Source: Lama glama (Eukaryota). From it: 64,000 bases of DNA. Shown one piece after another: positions 12,498 to 24,799 of this stretch. Positions within the stretch are counted from its first letter, which is position 1. Every line of letters begins with the position of its first letter. Below the pieces are notes generated by a model. That model was not told the origin of the DNA. It saw nothing but the letters and a program-made list of their open reading frames with translations, and did no database searches. Location of the stretch: the NCBI GenBank assembly GCA_028534125.1, contig CM052818.1, positions 39,930,001 through 39,994,000 of the forward strand, read 5' to 3'. Made by a program: the position numbers and the translations under genes.

Positions 12498-12800
12498 CAC
12501 TCATTCATTCGTCCTTTGATCAGAAATGTATAGACTGTTCCTGGCCCTGCAGACAGTGGTGAGCAAGATGCAGTGCTACCCTGGAAGAGGTTACAGAGCA
12601 AAGGAGAAGACAGAAATGTCCACAGGCAGTCACAGCACAACACAGGAGGCATCGTCCCTGAGATGTGTCCAATGTGGTGGAGCAAGGGCAGAGAAGAACC
12701 AACCACTATCTCTGTCCCGGATGCTGTGGATGGGTTCCTGGAAGAGCTGATGCTTGATTCCAGTCCTGACAGGGACCCCTCAAGGAATTATGATGGAAGG
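12498..12800 (-). mobile_element. L2 3' fragment
   Basis: cactcattcattcg...cagtggtgagcaagatgcag...ggttcctggaagagctgatgcttga. Confidence 0.7.
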
Positions 12801-14803
12801 AGATTATTAATGGAGATAAAAGTATATTAATGGCATAGCAGTGAACAAGGGTGGAGGGTGTGTTTGGACAACAAAGAAAATTTGAGAGGCTCTGAGCAAA
12901 GTTGATCAGGCTGTCTCACCCACAAGCCAGTTAAGAATTCATGACTCTGGTTATTACACTTTAAAAGAGAAAAATGCTCTAAACACATGACTTGTTGAAA
13001 TTTTGAGAGGGAGTTTTATGGACCCAACCTTCCTCCACTTGTGTTGATGAAGGCTCTGAGAGAAGAGGGGAGGGGCCGGAAGCACAATGCTGTGAGCTGG
13101 GAACACGTGGGGCTGTCTGATGGCCTTGCCTCGGGGACTTGACTTAGTAACTGCCCATTTCCTCTCAGACATAACACTTAATTTTTTTCATTCAAGCAAT
13201 ATCATATGATGCTACGTCTTCCATGAGGTACTTCTCTCCTTCTTGGTAAGAAGTGTTGGGCTTTGGCATCATGTTTGGGTCTTGCCTAAACTCCACTCTG
13301 TATGATTAATATGCAGCTCCCACGGCCAAGAAAGAATGCGTTGCCTCTAACTAGGTTGCAGAGGCACTGATCCCAAAGCCACAGATTTGCAAAATTGTAC
13401 CATGAGTTAATTTTTTTATTTTTTTAGCAAGAGGATCACTTTCCCAGAAGAGCAATGTGCCTTTGCAGTTGCTGAGCGCCAGTTTAAAGCTTGCTTTGTG
13501 GTTCTATGAGCTGTTCTCGAAGTGAGGAAAAAAATCAGTCTTTACTGATATTAATAAGTTGATGTGTACTGTTGTGGTTGAGTTAAAAAAATTAAATCCA
13601 TATTGGAATTTAATAACCTCTGAAGATTTAGGACACATCATTCAACATTTTAAATTTCATCAGTAGCAGTGGAACCAATATGAATATCAGGGGATTTGCT
13701 AAACAAATGTAATAGACTTGGAAATTTAAAAGTCCGAATGGATGGGTTATAAATGTTCTATTAACACAAATAAACTGGCCAAATATATAAATTTAATTCT
13801 CCTTAAACATTTGTGGTAAAGTCCTTTTCATTCACATTAGCAGACAATTTTTCTTTTTTTTTTCCAGAGGGAAGAGAGGGTAGAATCTTTGACTTAACTT
13901 CACAAGAATTTCTGGTCTCAGAATCTCTGCTCACCTCAACTTGTCTGCTGCAGTTGGAGTCATCCAACCCAATCGGTAGACCTGAGATTGAGTTTCAGTC
14001 GGTTGCCTGAGTTGGCCAGATCCCTGAAAGGACTTTGCCACAAGCTAACGCTCATTAGGCAGTTCCTTACTGCAATAGTAATTCTTTTCCTCCTCATTCT
14101 ATTTAAAGCAACCCTCGCTCGGACCATGGTGAATGATTTTACACTGCACAAAATGTGCTGAAGCATTCACATTTTGGCTGATCACAAACCACACAGGAAT
14201 AGGGCTTTACTCTTAAAGAATAGTTTGTGCCTGCCCTGGGTCTTTGTTGCTCACTTTCGAGACTCTTTGCCAACTCAACATTCTCCAAGAAAGTGTAAAT
14301 CCTAGCACGGGAAAACGAGGTGTGGAATATGTGCCTCGGTTGATGACATCACCTTCTGGTTAGGGCTGTAAATTGTGTGAGACTCTACATGCAGATACTG
14401 GCTCCCAAGTGCTGGGTTTTATAGCTGCATATTCTGAGCTTGAAAATACATCATTTGAGGAACGGAGAGGATCCCTTCTGCCTCACTGAGAGTCATTCTA
14501 GGGTCTTAAGGGAGTGCACTGGCCCAGAAGTCCAATGAATAGGAGGTTTTACACCTGAAACTGCTACTGCTTTGGGCCAAAAACTTGTGATTGGTTTATT
14601 ATAGGTCTCAATCATATAATTCTGATAAACCATCCAATGATGTTATGGGCTACCTTAACCTCAGGAGGGGGCTGCCTTCTTTAAGCGACTTCAGGTCGCC
14701 AAGAAGACAATTAAGCTGGTGAATGCCTGAGAGTCCATCATTATTAGACAGTCTCCATTGCATACTGACAATTCCTTCAGAAGGGATCATTGCTGAAGTC
14801 ACC

Positions 14804-15018
14804 CAGTTAAGAACTAGGGTGATGGTGTCCCCAAGGGGGCACTTGTTGAACTCTGAAGATATTTTTAGTTATTATAACTGGCTAGAGAGGGTGCTACTGG
14901 CATCCAGTGGGCTGAGACCAGGGATGTTGCTAAGCATCTTACAGTGCCCAGGACAACGTCCCACAGCAAAGGATTTCCCAGCCCCAAATGCCACTGGTGC
15001 CGAGGTGGCGAAGCTCTG
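14804..15018 (+). mobile_element. MER20 (hAT-Charlie DNA transposon)
   Basis: gggtgctactggcatccagtgggctgagaccagggatgttgctaagcatcttacagtgcccaggaca...ccccaaatgccactggtgccgagg closely follows the MER20 consensus; about 215 bp. Confidence 0.9.
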
Positions 15019-15854
15019 TCTTCAGTGAGGAGAGGCTGACTGAAGTGGGGAGTGGAAGGGGTTGGAGGGGTGATACATTAGGTCGCAGGCTTTATCTTCC
15101 CCCCATCAACCAACACCACACGCCCCCTCCCAGACTTGTTCTGTTGATATTTAAACTTGTGTACATCCTTATTGCCCCTGCAAGTTCTCTCAGTGAGGCA
15201 TCCACAGCGACTCACCAACTTCTTAAAACTAGACCACACCATAGCTCTTTCTCTTTGCTTCCTGTTTGCTCGTAAAGAAACTGTCCAGACTTCTTTGGTA
15301 TTTTCTTTGCTCAGATGTCAGCTAAATGATGTCACACTGGAGCCACAAGGAGACTCTTTGCTTGTGCCACTGCCTGGTGTTAACAGAGCGCTAATGCTGC
15401 TTGGCGTGAAAAAGGCAAGTCATCATGGCCAAACTTCTGAAAGGTTGCAAGAGGCTGATGTGGGACTGCCAATTAAGCAGCAAGGTGGAAAATGCTTGCC
15501 TTTCTTTTGGCTCAAGTGAGTTGGTTGGGGGGAAAGTTAAAACTCAGCAGGCTATAAAAAGAAATTTCATTTTTTAATGTACTTGAATATATGAGAAGTT
15601 GTGCTACCATTACCGTCCTATGGATAACTCCACATCACATTCATTCCTCACACAGACACAGGCATATATATATAACAGAAGGAATCCAGGCAGTTGCCTC
15701 TTTGGCTTCAATTGCCAGGGCTCCTATCCAAGCAAATCTGCGTAAGAGGAAATCCAGCTTGTACCCCACGTTGACAGTTTAACCTCTGCCCACGTGTCCC
15801 TATTAAAACAATCCATCTTCAAGGATACAGATTGAGTTATAGGTTGTCAGCTAT

Positions 15855-16100
15855 TGGTAACAATAGTCATCAGACATTCGTGTCATGCTTTAAGTGTTAC
15901 AGAGAATAGATACCATCTTGCTTGATCTGCACAATACCCTTCATTCTCTTATTCATTAACGGCCCAGTATGTGTCAGGCACTAGACTTGCCCGATTAATT
16001 GGGAAGCGAGATTAACTAACTTAACCAGAATTATACAACTTCTCAGGGGCACAATTTGGACTTAAACCCAAGTCTTCTGACTCACAGTCACAGACTTTTC
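15855..16100 (-). mobile_element. MIR (diverged)
   Basis: atcttgcttgatctgcacaataccct...attaactaacttaaccagaattatacaact...ttaaacccaagtcttctgactc. Confidence 0.6.
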
Positions 16101-16419
16101 CAACGAGCTACATTTTTCCACTCCCCTCAATAATGGGCATTTAGCTCACGTAGGGTTAATTAGTGGGGCCCCCGATTTAATGATGAGCTAGTAATGCTTT
16201 CATTTATCTCATTAAAACATTCCTCCAAGGGCAGGTGGACTCAGCCCACTGACTGGCATATCTGAACTGTGTCTATGATTAGAAAGCCCCTTATTCCCAC
16301 ATGGGACAGCTGCAGCCTAGTGACTTTTCTGTAGGTTTTCCTCAATGCATGTTTTCTTCAGAGCTACTGCCTGTGGTTCTCAACATTTCAAGGATATGTG
16401 TAAGGAGTGTGAGTGGGGA

Positions 16420-16500
16420 TTTTATTGTATTTTACAGATGGGAAAATTGTGTCAGGGACATAAAATGACTTGCTTAAAAGCCACATGCAACATTCCATAG
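16420..16500 (-). mobile_element. MIR core fragment
   Basis: tattttacagatgggaaaattgtgtcagggacataaaatgacttgcttaaaagccaca. Confidence 0.7.
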
Positions 16501-16991
16501 CTCCACAGGCAGATTTTTTGGTGCATTTGTTACATGCAGGTTTTGCAAGAGAGCTGTTTTTTATTTCTAAAGGATCACAAAGACATAGACGTTTTGGCTC
16601 CGTAGCCCTTTGGTTTCGCTTGGACTTACTAGTTTTACGCCATGCTGACTCCAGGTTGCTCCTTTCACATACACACGTTGTCCTTTATCCAAAGAATTTA
16701 AAGAGTTTCCTCTTGAACCAAACTAAAGGCCCATTGAATGGGAAGCTTGGCTGTCATCCTGCACCTCTGAATCCTAGTTCTCTACTCTCCCAGCGAGTAA
16801 CACTTTTCACTCTGTGTGTGTGTGTCTCGCTCTTCCTCCTTCCCTCTGTCTCTTGCTCTTTCTCCCATTCATTTATTCATTAACTTATTCCATGAGTTTT
16901 ATATGAGTATTGATTGAGTGCATCTTTTGTGCCAAAGGCGGTAGCGGTCACTTGGAGATTCATCCGTAAACAAATGGCTCAGGTGTGTGGG

Positions 16992-17031
16992 ATGTGTGCG
17001 CGTGTGCGTGTGTGTGTGCATGCGTATGTGC
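16992..17031. repeat. Purine-pyrimidine alternating (TG/CG) tract
   Basis: 40 bp of uninterrupted alternation, read directly. Confidence 0.9.
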
Positions 17032-17356
17032 CGGGGAGGGTACGTGCAGATGTGTATTGCGTGCATATTGTGAACTAAGTCACTTACATCTTTGCTGTAA
17101 TTCACATACAGAAATTCTCAAGTCTTGATGCCTCTTAGACCAAACAAAGGGGTAAGAGAAAAACATTTCCTAAGGATATCTTTGGTTCCAATTTCTCTAC
17201 AACTTTTCCATAATCTCTCCTCTCTGCATTTTAACCTGGGAACAGCTTTTACTTTCAGGCTCACCTCTTCCACCTTTTAACTTAGATGCTTCGAAGGAGG
17301 ATGTGCACACTTCTCTTGCTACTGGAATCATAGTGTTGGTTAAATAGTCAACTTTT

Positions 17357-17784
17357 TGTACTGTAAATGTTACAACTTTGTATTTTCCTGCTGCCTTAAC
17401 ATCCCCGCAAACAGGCCCTGGTGACTAGGTGCGCCAGTGTGATAAGGCTGGTCCCCGCCAGAAGTTCCCCTCTTTGTCCTCCCCTGGTTGTGACCTAGTA
17501 GTGGTAATCACACACACCAGTGAAATCCCCTCGTGCCTTTTGCTGGTGTTCCCCACCCTGACCCCCCATAAAGGCACTGTCCACAGATCCTCACTCTCTC
17601 AGCCCCCACCTGCTTGATTGAGCCCCCTCCCCTGATAGTCCCCTCCGTGTGGCTCCCTCACAGCGTGCGGTGACTCTGCCTCTCTAGGACCCACGAGTAA
17701 CCATAAACCTAGTTTTCCTGCGCCTCTCCGGTGTCCCCTCCTGTGGCTACAGCCGACTGACCATCTCCTGAGGAATACAAAACA
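17357..17784 (+). mobile_element. ERVL-class solo LTR (MER54/MER73/MER74-like)
   Basis: TG...CA ends (TGTACTG...AAAACA), about 430 bp; tattttcctgctgccttaacatcc start, ccccataaaggcact (TATA-like) and gagtaaccataaacc (polyA-signal region); exact family uncertain. Confidence 0.65.
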
Positions 17785-18354
17785 CCCCCTAGTATTAGAC
17801 CTCTCTTAATTCTCTCCTCCAAAGAGATTAACGTACACTTACATCTTTAAACAAACAAAAATAACTGTCCTGCAAAACACAGAACCAAAGGATGATCTAT
17901 CTGCCAGGTGAAGGACTCACTGAGAGCTTTCTCTCTGGCTGTGTGGTGCCACAGGCACGTGGTCTGGGAAAACCAGGGAGTTCCCACCCTTCACATCAGT
18001 TCTCAACGGGGCCTCCCAACACCAGCCCATGCCCTGTGTAGGTTCTGGCCCACGTGGGTATCTTCCAGTTGCTCTGTCCAAGGGAGGCAGAGGTGCCCAT
18101 CACAAACCATCGCCTGTTCCCTTGCACCCAGCTCCAGGCAGGCAGCTGGGCTCATTCTGAGGACACACCCCAGTAGTCGGCTCTTCCGCAGTCATACTTT
18201 TCCAGCTCTTTGGTTTCAGTCATTTTCTCGATCTGTTTTATCAGTACGTTCTCTCTAGAGACATCTCTCTCAATATTATTCTCTTTTTACTGCCCTTTCA
18301 ACCCCTTCAGGTACCATCTCATCCATCAATTAGTCACACACCATCTCTTTATTA

Positions 18355-18500
18355 AAAATAGCACCACCGTATATTTGGGTAACTTTTACACACATTATTC
18401 TATTTAATCCACAAAATAGTCCTGGAAGATAAATGTTGGTCTTACACATTTTTTTTTTAAAAAGGAAACTAGGGAGCAAGAAAGTAAAGCCCTTGAATGG
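18355..18500 (-). mobile_element. MIR fragment
   Basis: tacacattattctatttaatccacaaaatagtcctggaagata...aggaaactagggagcaagaaagtaaag. Confidence 0.6.
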
Positions 18501-20224
18501 AGTGGGTTCTAGGCTGCTAGAGCCCTATCCAGTTGCAATAAAGATGGAGAGGCAGGGAGTGCTGCTGTCCATGCTGAGGACACTGGTGTTCCCTGCACGT
18601 TGCACTTTCTAAGTTCTGTCTCTGCTCCTGGGGCCAGCACTTCCTCGTCTCAAAGTGCACGTTGCCTCAAAACATGGCAACCAAAGGAATTATTGTATGT
18701 TATTATTATTCATATTATATATATGTGTATACTACTGGCTCCAGTTTACTGAATAACTCCCTCAGGATAAGCTTTCTATACAGTATGCTATTCAGGTCTT
18801 ACAGAAAGTATGAGAAAAATATTGTTGTCCTGGTTTAGGAGGCTCGAAGATTGGGTAATTGTTCCAGGTTATAGCTGAACAACTCTCTTTCTACCACACT
18901 CGTTCACCTTCTTTAAATCACAGAAGATGTAAATACAAACTATGCTTCTGCTTGAACTTCTGGGACAGAAAAAGGCAGAAGTTGCAACGTGGCCCTATGT
19001 TTGCTTTTGTAATTGATCAGGCAAGTATTGAGATGAACCACAGGTCGCGGCAGGACATCACTGGACATGTGACTAACCTTTGGGTGGAGCAATAGCAGGG
19101 GTGTAGTGGAGCTCCCTTCCCGCCTCCATCGATGCAGAGGACCCTGGGGATCAGTACAAAGTGGGGCAGTGGACAAAGTCTGCAGAACCTGGCTCCTTGA
19201 CTGTGATCGCTCTCCTGCTGTGTGACTTTCTCAAGCTGCTTTCCCTGTCTCTGCCTCTGTTTCCTGATTTCTGGGGGGCTTTTCCAATTCTTTTGCTCAA
19301 TCTCATTAAGAAACATGTGGATCTATTTTTTTTTTTTGATGCCAGCATTTGAGTACTTACAAAGCGATCTGTAGGAACATTTTCCTGGAAAGACTTTGCA
19401 CGGATTTTCCACTGCCCGCTGCCCTCACTAGCACTGGGGAAACTGCTGTTTTTTCTTCCTGGTTGCATTTGCCACTTATTCTGCTGAAAACAGGAATTAA
19501 GACTTTAGACAGCTGCTGACCACATAAAATTTTCAAATAACATATTCCTATTACATTTTCTTAGGGAAAAAGTTCACTCGACTAGATTAGCAAAACTAAT
19601 GTAAATATGAAGTAATGCCAGTGGCTGCCTGCTGAAGGTGATTTTAACTTTCCATTTCGACTTAAGGGTCCAGTGCATTGAGGTGTCTGTGACACTCTGC
19701 TCTGTGTCACATTTGAGTAGGATGATGTTGTAATGCTCCCATAATGGCTAATATTATGTTAATGGAGGTTGATGCCAATGTGCACTAATATATATTTGGT
19801 CAGGTGGAGGCATTCCCGACTGGTAATGTAACCTGTGTGGTTAAGTAATTTGCACATATAAATAGAACAAGGAGGATTCAACTCTTATTCTGGACACTGC
19901 ATTTACCTTTGCATGACTACTTGATCCTTTCCACCAACGTCTAAAGTCTATTTTATTCTCTAACATCTAAAGTCCATTTTCACTCCTATGAAGAGAATAC
20001 AAAAATATCCTGACCCAATTACTCAATGAGTAGAACTCTGGTCCAGTCTTTCAAAAGGGCTCAGGTGGAGCTGGGGAAACTAAGGCACCTCGGACGAGAA
20101 ATGGCAGGTGGTCCCCTTGGTCACAGCAACATGATGTTGAGCCAAGGGGTAAGTGGGACCATTGCCAGGACAATTCGGGAGGTTAAATCACCTCCCCTCT
20201 GTCACCTGTATAAGCAAAAACAGA

Positions 20225-20430
20225 AAGAGACAGGATTAGGAGTTAAATTCTTCCTTCTGCTGTTAACTCCCCATGTGGCTTGGAAGAAATGGCTTAATTT
20301 CTCAATTCTCTCATCTATCAAGAAGCTTAGGACCCCCGATATTGTCTTCTCCTGAGTTTTTCAAATAAAGTGATTCTGTTAAAGTTCAAGGGAGACACTT
20401 TGCAAAGTGATGGAAGTGTATAAAACAGAG
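20225..20430 (+). mobile_element. MIR fragment
   Basis: ggagttaaattcttccttctgctgttaactccccatgtggcttggaagaaatggcttaatttctcaattctctcatctat. Confidence 0.6.
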
Positions 20431-21049
20431 ACGCTTCCGAGATAGCCAGCGTTCTGCAGGGCATCCTCAGACTCCAGGCCCATGTCTGTGGAAGCCCTCC
20501 CTGGGTCAGCAGACCGGTCCAACAGTTCCTCTGCACTTGGTATCACAAAGCACTACCTTTGATGTCACAGCCCCACCCACGGCTCCTCTCTAGCCCACCT
20601 TGCCACTTCTGACATGTTTAAGGAACAGACACCTCTTCTGGGGAACTCACTCAGAATGTAATGGGAGTCTAAGTTTAAATAACTGAAAACAGAGTGCAAT
20701 AATATTTATAGTCAATAGATGACATGAGAAAGCAGAAATGCCCCCGATGTACCAAAAAGCCAGTCTCTGAAGGACCCTTTCCCCTGTCACTCCCCGGACT
20801 GACACAGGAGTCAGCCTTCTTTGCTGATTTTCCCTCTTCCTGTGTGGCGTGTCTTCATTTCTGCTGATTCTGACTTCTGGCTTCCAGAACCTCACAAGTG
20901 GACATCATCTCTAGAACTTCTGGATCTACAGGTGTGTTTATATTTTGTATCATGAAGATGATAGACTCTTTGTGTCCTCTGACACTGCCATTTGCGGCCA
21001 TAGGACTTGTAGAAGCTGCCTAGCCCAGTCAAGCCCAGCCCTGTGCCTG

Positions 21050-21500
21050 AGGAGTTTTATAATAATCTGGAGAGTAATGGAGAAGATGTAATCCTGCCAG
21101 CATTCTACAGATCTTGAGGATGCTTTGACCCAGCTGGCCTGTGCATCTGAGAAAAGAATCAGGACTGTTTTCTGTCTGAATGGCTAAGAATCACTTAAGT
21201 GTTCAGTATCTGAATTATTATCAGCCCTCTGTTTCATTTAGTTGTAAGTGTGTGCCCACGTGGGCGAGAGCATCTAGAAGAGATACAGTGGATGGAGCCA
21301 AGAAAGAAGTTTCATTTTGAAGATGAAGGAACTTTCGACAATGAGAACTTTGTGGAATTGCATGGGCTATGTGAGAGGCAGAGATCACTTTGCTACTGGA
21401 AGAATTTAATCAGAACTATATGACTGGCCGGCAAAGGTACTGTGGAGGAAAATTTTCATCGAGGTAGAGATTGGTGAAGGAGAGGTTGGTTCAGACCTCC
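21050..21500 (+). mobile_element. L3/CR1 LINE 3' fragment
   Basis: aggaactttcgacaatgagaac...catgggctatgtgagaggcagagatcac...ctggaagaatttaatcaga...tactgtggaggaaaattttcat follows the L3 3' end. Confidence 0.6.
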
Positions 21501-21567
21501 AAGTTGGAAGTTTGCTTGCAGTGCTAAGGTATTTGGACTCGTGGTCAGGGAAGTAGCTCTGCTTCAG

Positions 21568-21630
21568 GCACACACACACACATGCACACGCACACACACA
21601 TATGCACACATGCACACGCACACACACACA
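21568..21630. repeat. Imperfect (CA)n microsatellite
   Basis: Read directly; cacacatgcacacgcacacacaca occurs twice. Confidence 0.9.
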
Positions 21631-22484
21631 AGCATTCATAGGTGTTCTAAAACTGGAAGCCTCCCTACAGAGATCAGAATCCATGCCCAAGAAAGTGGAG
21701 GACAGTGGAAGGCGCTCAAGAGAATTTCGCTTATGGGTAAGTAGCTGACTTGTTAGATGAGCAGGAACCCCTGGAGGAAAGGAGACATCTCGGCAGGAGG
21801 AGGAGGGGCAGGAAGAAGATGGGAGAAAATAACCAGAAGGCAAAGCTTACCTTTTGTCCTCGTGAAAGTGCTGTGCAGTGAGCCCCAGGAATCTTGTTCT
21901 GGAGCAAGTCCATAAAGTAAGCCTTCAAAACGTTTGCACAAAAGATTCTTAAGTAAGCTCATAAATGTGACACCAAGCAAATACTTGGCAGAATTCAGCC
22001 AAATCATAAAAGGAGTTGCTGGGACCATGCCGCAGCGTTACCTGTGCCGGCAAAGGCGAGGGCGCAGGGCTTCACTACTCCTAATTAGGGACCAGGTAAG
22101 CAACAGAGATCTCAAGTTTTATTTACATTTGGTCCTGGGCCAGTTCTTTCTGGTCTCTGGACTCTTGTCGTAAAGGGGAACCAGTATAAAGTAGGACAAG
22201 ACCAAAGAAAACATGTGAACTTTTTATTGTAGAAACGTGAACGTTTTATGGGAGAATGAGGTCTGATGTGACCACATCGTTGCTGGGCAAGTTGGGGACT
22301 GAGAAAGTGCTCCCAGTCATGGACCGTTCTTGGAATTATCCTGACTGCATTCTTTTTGCAGTGATTTTGTTTTTAATTAGATCACTAGAATCTTCTCTTC
22401 AGGCCTTGATCAGAAATGTTCACCACCAGTTGAGGTTGAATTGGAGGATCCCTTGTCCTGAAGAAAGATGCAACAACAGGTGTG

Positions 22485-22934
22485 TGTACCAGTTTGCTCG
22501 GGCTGCCTTATCAAAGGACCCCAAGCTGGGTGGCTTGAACAACAGAAACTTATCATCCAACAGGTCTGGAGGTGGAGGTCTCGGATCCAGGTGTCCGCAG
22601 GCTTGGTTCCTTCTGAGGGTTCTCAGGGAGGATCTGTTCCAGGCATCTTATGTAACTTCTGGTGCTTTGCTGGCAATCTTTGGCATTCATTCCTTGGCTT
22701 ATAGGAGCGTCATCCTGATCTCTGACTTTACCTTCACAGGATGTTCTCCCTGTCCAACTTCTTCCCCTTATAAGGACATTGTCATATTGGATTAAGGCCC
22801 ACACTAATGACCTTATTTTAACTTGATTAACTCTGTAAAAGGTCATCTCCAAATAAGGTCACATTCTGAAGTCTTAAGTGTTAGCATCTCCATATATGAA
22901 TTTGCGGAGGAGGGACACAGTTCAACCCCAAACA
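22485..22934 (-). mobile_element. MLT1B/C (MaLR) solo LTR
   Basis: Minus strand TGTTTGGGGTTGAACTGTGTCCC...AATTCATATATGGAG...CAGAATGTGACCTTATTTGGAGAT...GGCAGCCCGAGCAAACTGGTACA; about 450 bp. Confidence 0.9.
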
Positions 22935-23785
22935 ACCTGATTTCCAAACCAGGAGGGAAAGGAGCTCTTATAAATTTAATATTCTTTAAAGACTCAGGAA
23001 TAAAAGAAACTTCAAAGCTTTGGTGGAAGACTGTGATTCCAGTTCTTCAGAAGTACCACCTGAATAATTTATTTCTGCATGTTGATATGCTTGCTGTTCA
23101 TTGCCCCCTGTAGAAGGACTCCTTTGAGAAATTTGGCTTATAGTTAGTTACCAAGAAAAACAGAGGTCTGCTTGCTCCTTTATAATAATGAGACCCATGC
23201 CATTCACCACGCCACACTTTAAACTTGGGTTGCCAGAAAACCCAGTCTTGGGTTTCTTATTTATTCTTCTTGGTTGGACCTGGTTTTCCGGTTCAGTTTC
23301 TCTGCTTTCGTCACATGGTCTTTGTATGTCCCTTCCTAGTTTGTTCACAACCTTCCTAGAGAGATGTGGGATGCACTTTGATGCAGCAAAAAGACTGACT
23401 CCCAGTGTCACTGCTGCAGCTTCTGCCCCAACTCCTGAAGCCATAGTCCACCATGAGCTTCTCAGGGAGTTTGCCCCAAGCATTCCTAGCTTATCCCGTT
23501 AGCCTTACCTCCAAGCTGCTACCTCTATGCTCGCCAGAGCTTTTGAAAATGGTGTTTTAACCCTGCTTACAGCATGGAACTACTTACTCCCTTGAGTCAG
23601 ATATTTACTTTCAAGGAAATTCACCCTTAAAAATTCAATCACAAAAAAATATACCAAAGCATCTCCTTTGTATGACAAACAACAAAGAAGTGGCAGAAAA
23701 TCCTGTTTGTACTTAAACAATCTTTGGGAAAGACAGTTGTCATTTCTCGAAATAAGAGTAATCCAAAATAGGGGGAAAACACAAC

Positions 23786-23821
23786 ACCACACACACACAC
23801 ACACACACACATCCATACACA
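23786..23821. repeat. (CA)n microsatellite
   Basis: Read directly. Confidence 0.9.
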
Positions 23822-24799
23822 AACCACCACCAACAAACTGCTAGCTCATACTTCAGTGTTCATTTTTGGTCCTTTTGTATCACATCAAGAAATTTTAAAA
23901 TAAAATATGTGACTAACACAATTTATTTGTGAATACCTTATTACACATCTGAAACTGGGATGTACCTCAAGAATCTTACGTGGGGTTTGACATCCTTTGA
24001 GACATGACATGGGGTTGTGACTCTTAGTCATAGTTCCTTCAATTTTACATGCAGCAGTAATACAGAGGATCAGGAACCTGAGTTAGGTTTTCAATCTCTT
24101 TGAGTGTTTGCTCTGAATTGTGACCGAGTCTTCTATTGGATCTTTCAGATCTAAATTGGTACTCACGTATGCCTGTACTGTTTTCAGTCTATCTATTAAA
24201 ATTTTTAAATCATATGTTTTTTTTTCGGTTCTAGAAAGCCTTTTATTGGTCTCTAAATGACTTACTTTTAATAGTATTCATTATTTTCATAGTTCTCTTC
24301 AAACTCATCTATTCAACATCAACAGAAGTCGTCTCTTCTACATGCGTATCCTTCTCCCTGAGAATTCTTAAGTGTGTGCTTAAAGGGGTTTTATTTGCTT
24401 CTCCTTTTCTGTAACTTCAGCAAAGGTGTCTGTCAGGCGAAGGTCTGTAGGACAGTGGAGAGCAAGGGAGGGTGAAAGACACAGTAGAGTTTCATCCTGT
24501 GGGCCAGCAATGCCTGTGCCAGTCAACTCATGAAAGCCGGTCTCAGACCAACAGGGTCATTCCTGAGGAGGGATGACCAGTCAGGCCTGCTCTCATCCTG
24601 GGGGAATTGGCAACCTCCAGCTTCAGCTGTCTCTCTGTCCTCCAGAGAGGATAGTGGGAGAGAGAGAGAATCAGAGAAACGCTCTCAGGTTGATGTAATT
24701 TTAATCAATGTCCAGATTTTAATGAGCTTCAGGAGGACAAAGACAAAAGCATCAAAAACATTTTGGATCATGTCAAAGTCATGTTCATCTAAAAAAGTC

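Noticed and set aside
21268..21423. Protein-like frame EHLEEIQWMEPRKKFHFEDEGTF...
   Set aside because: Better explained as an L3/CR1 3' remnant
22256..22795. Longest ORF in the track (179 aa)
   Set aside because: More than half is antisense MLT1 LTR sequence; no recognisable protein
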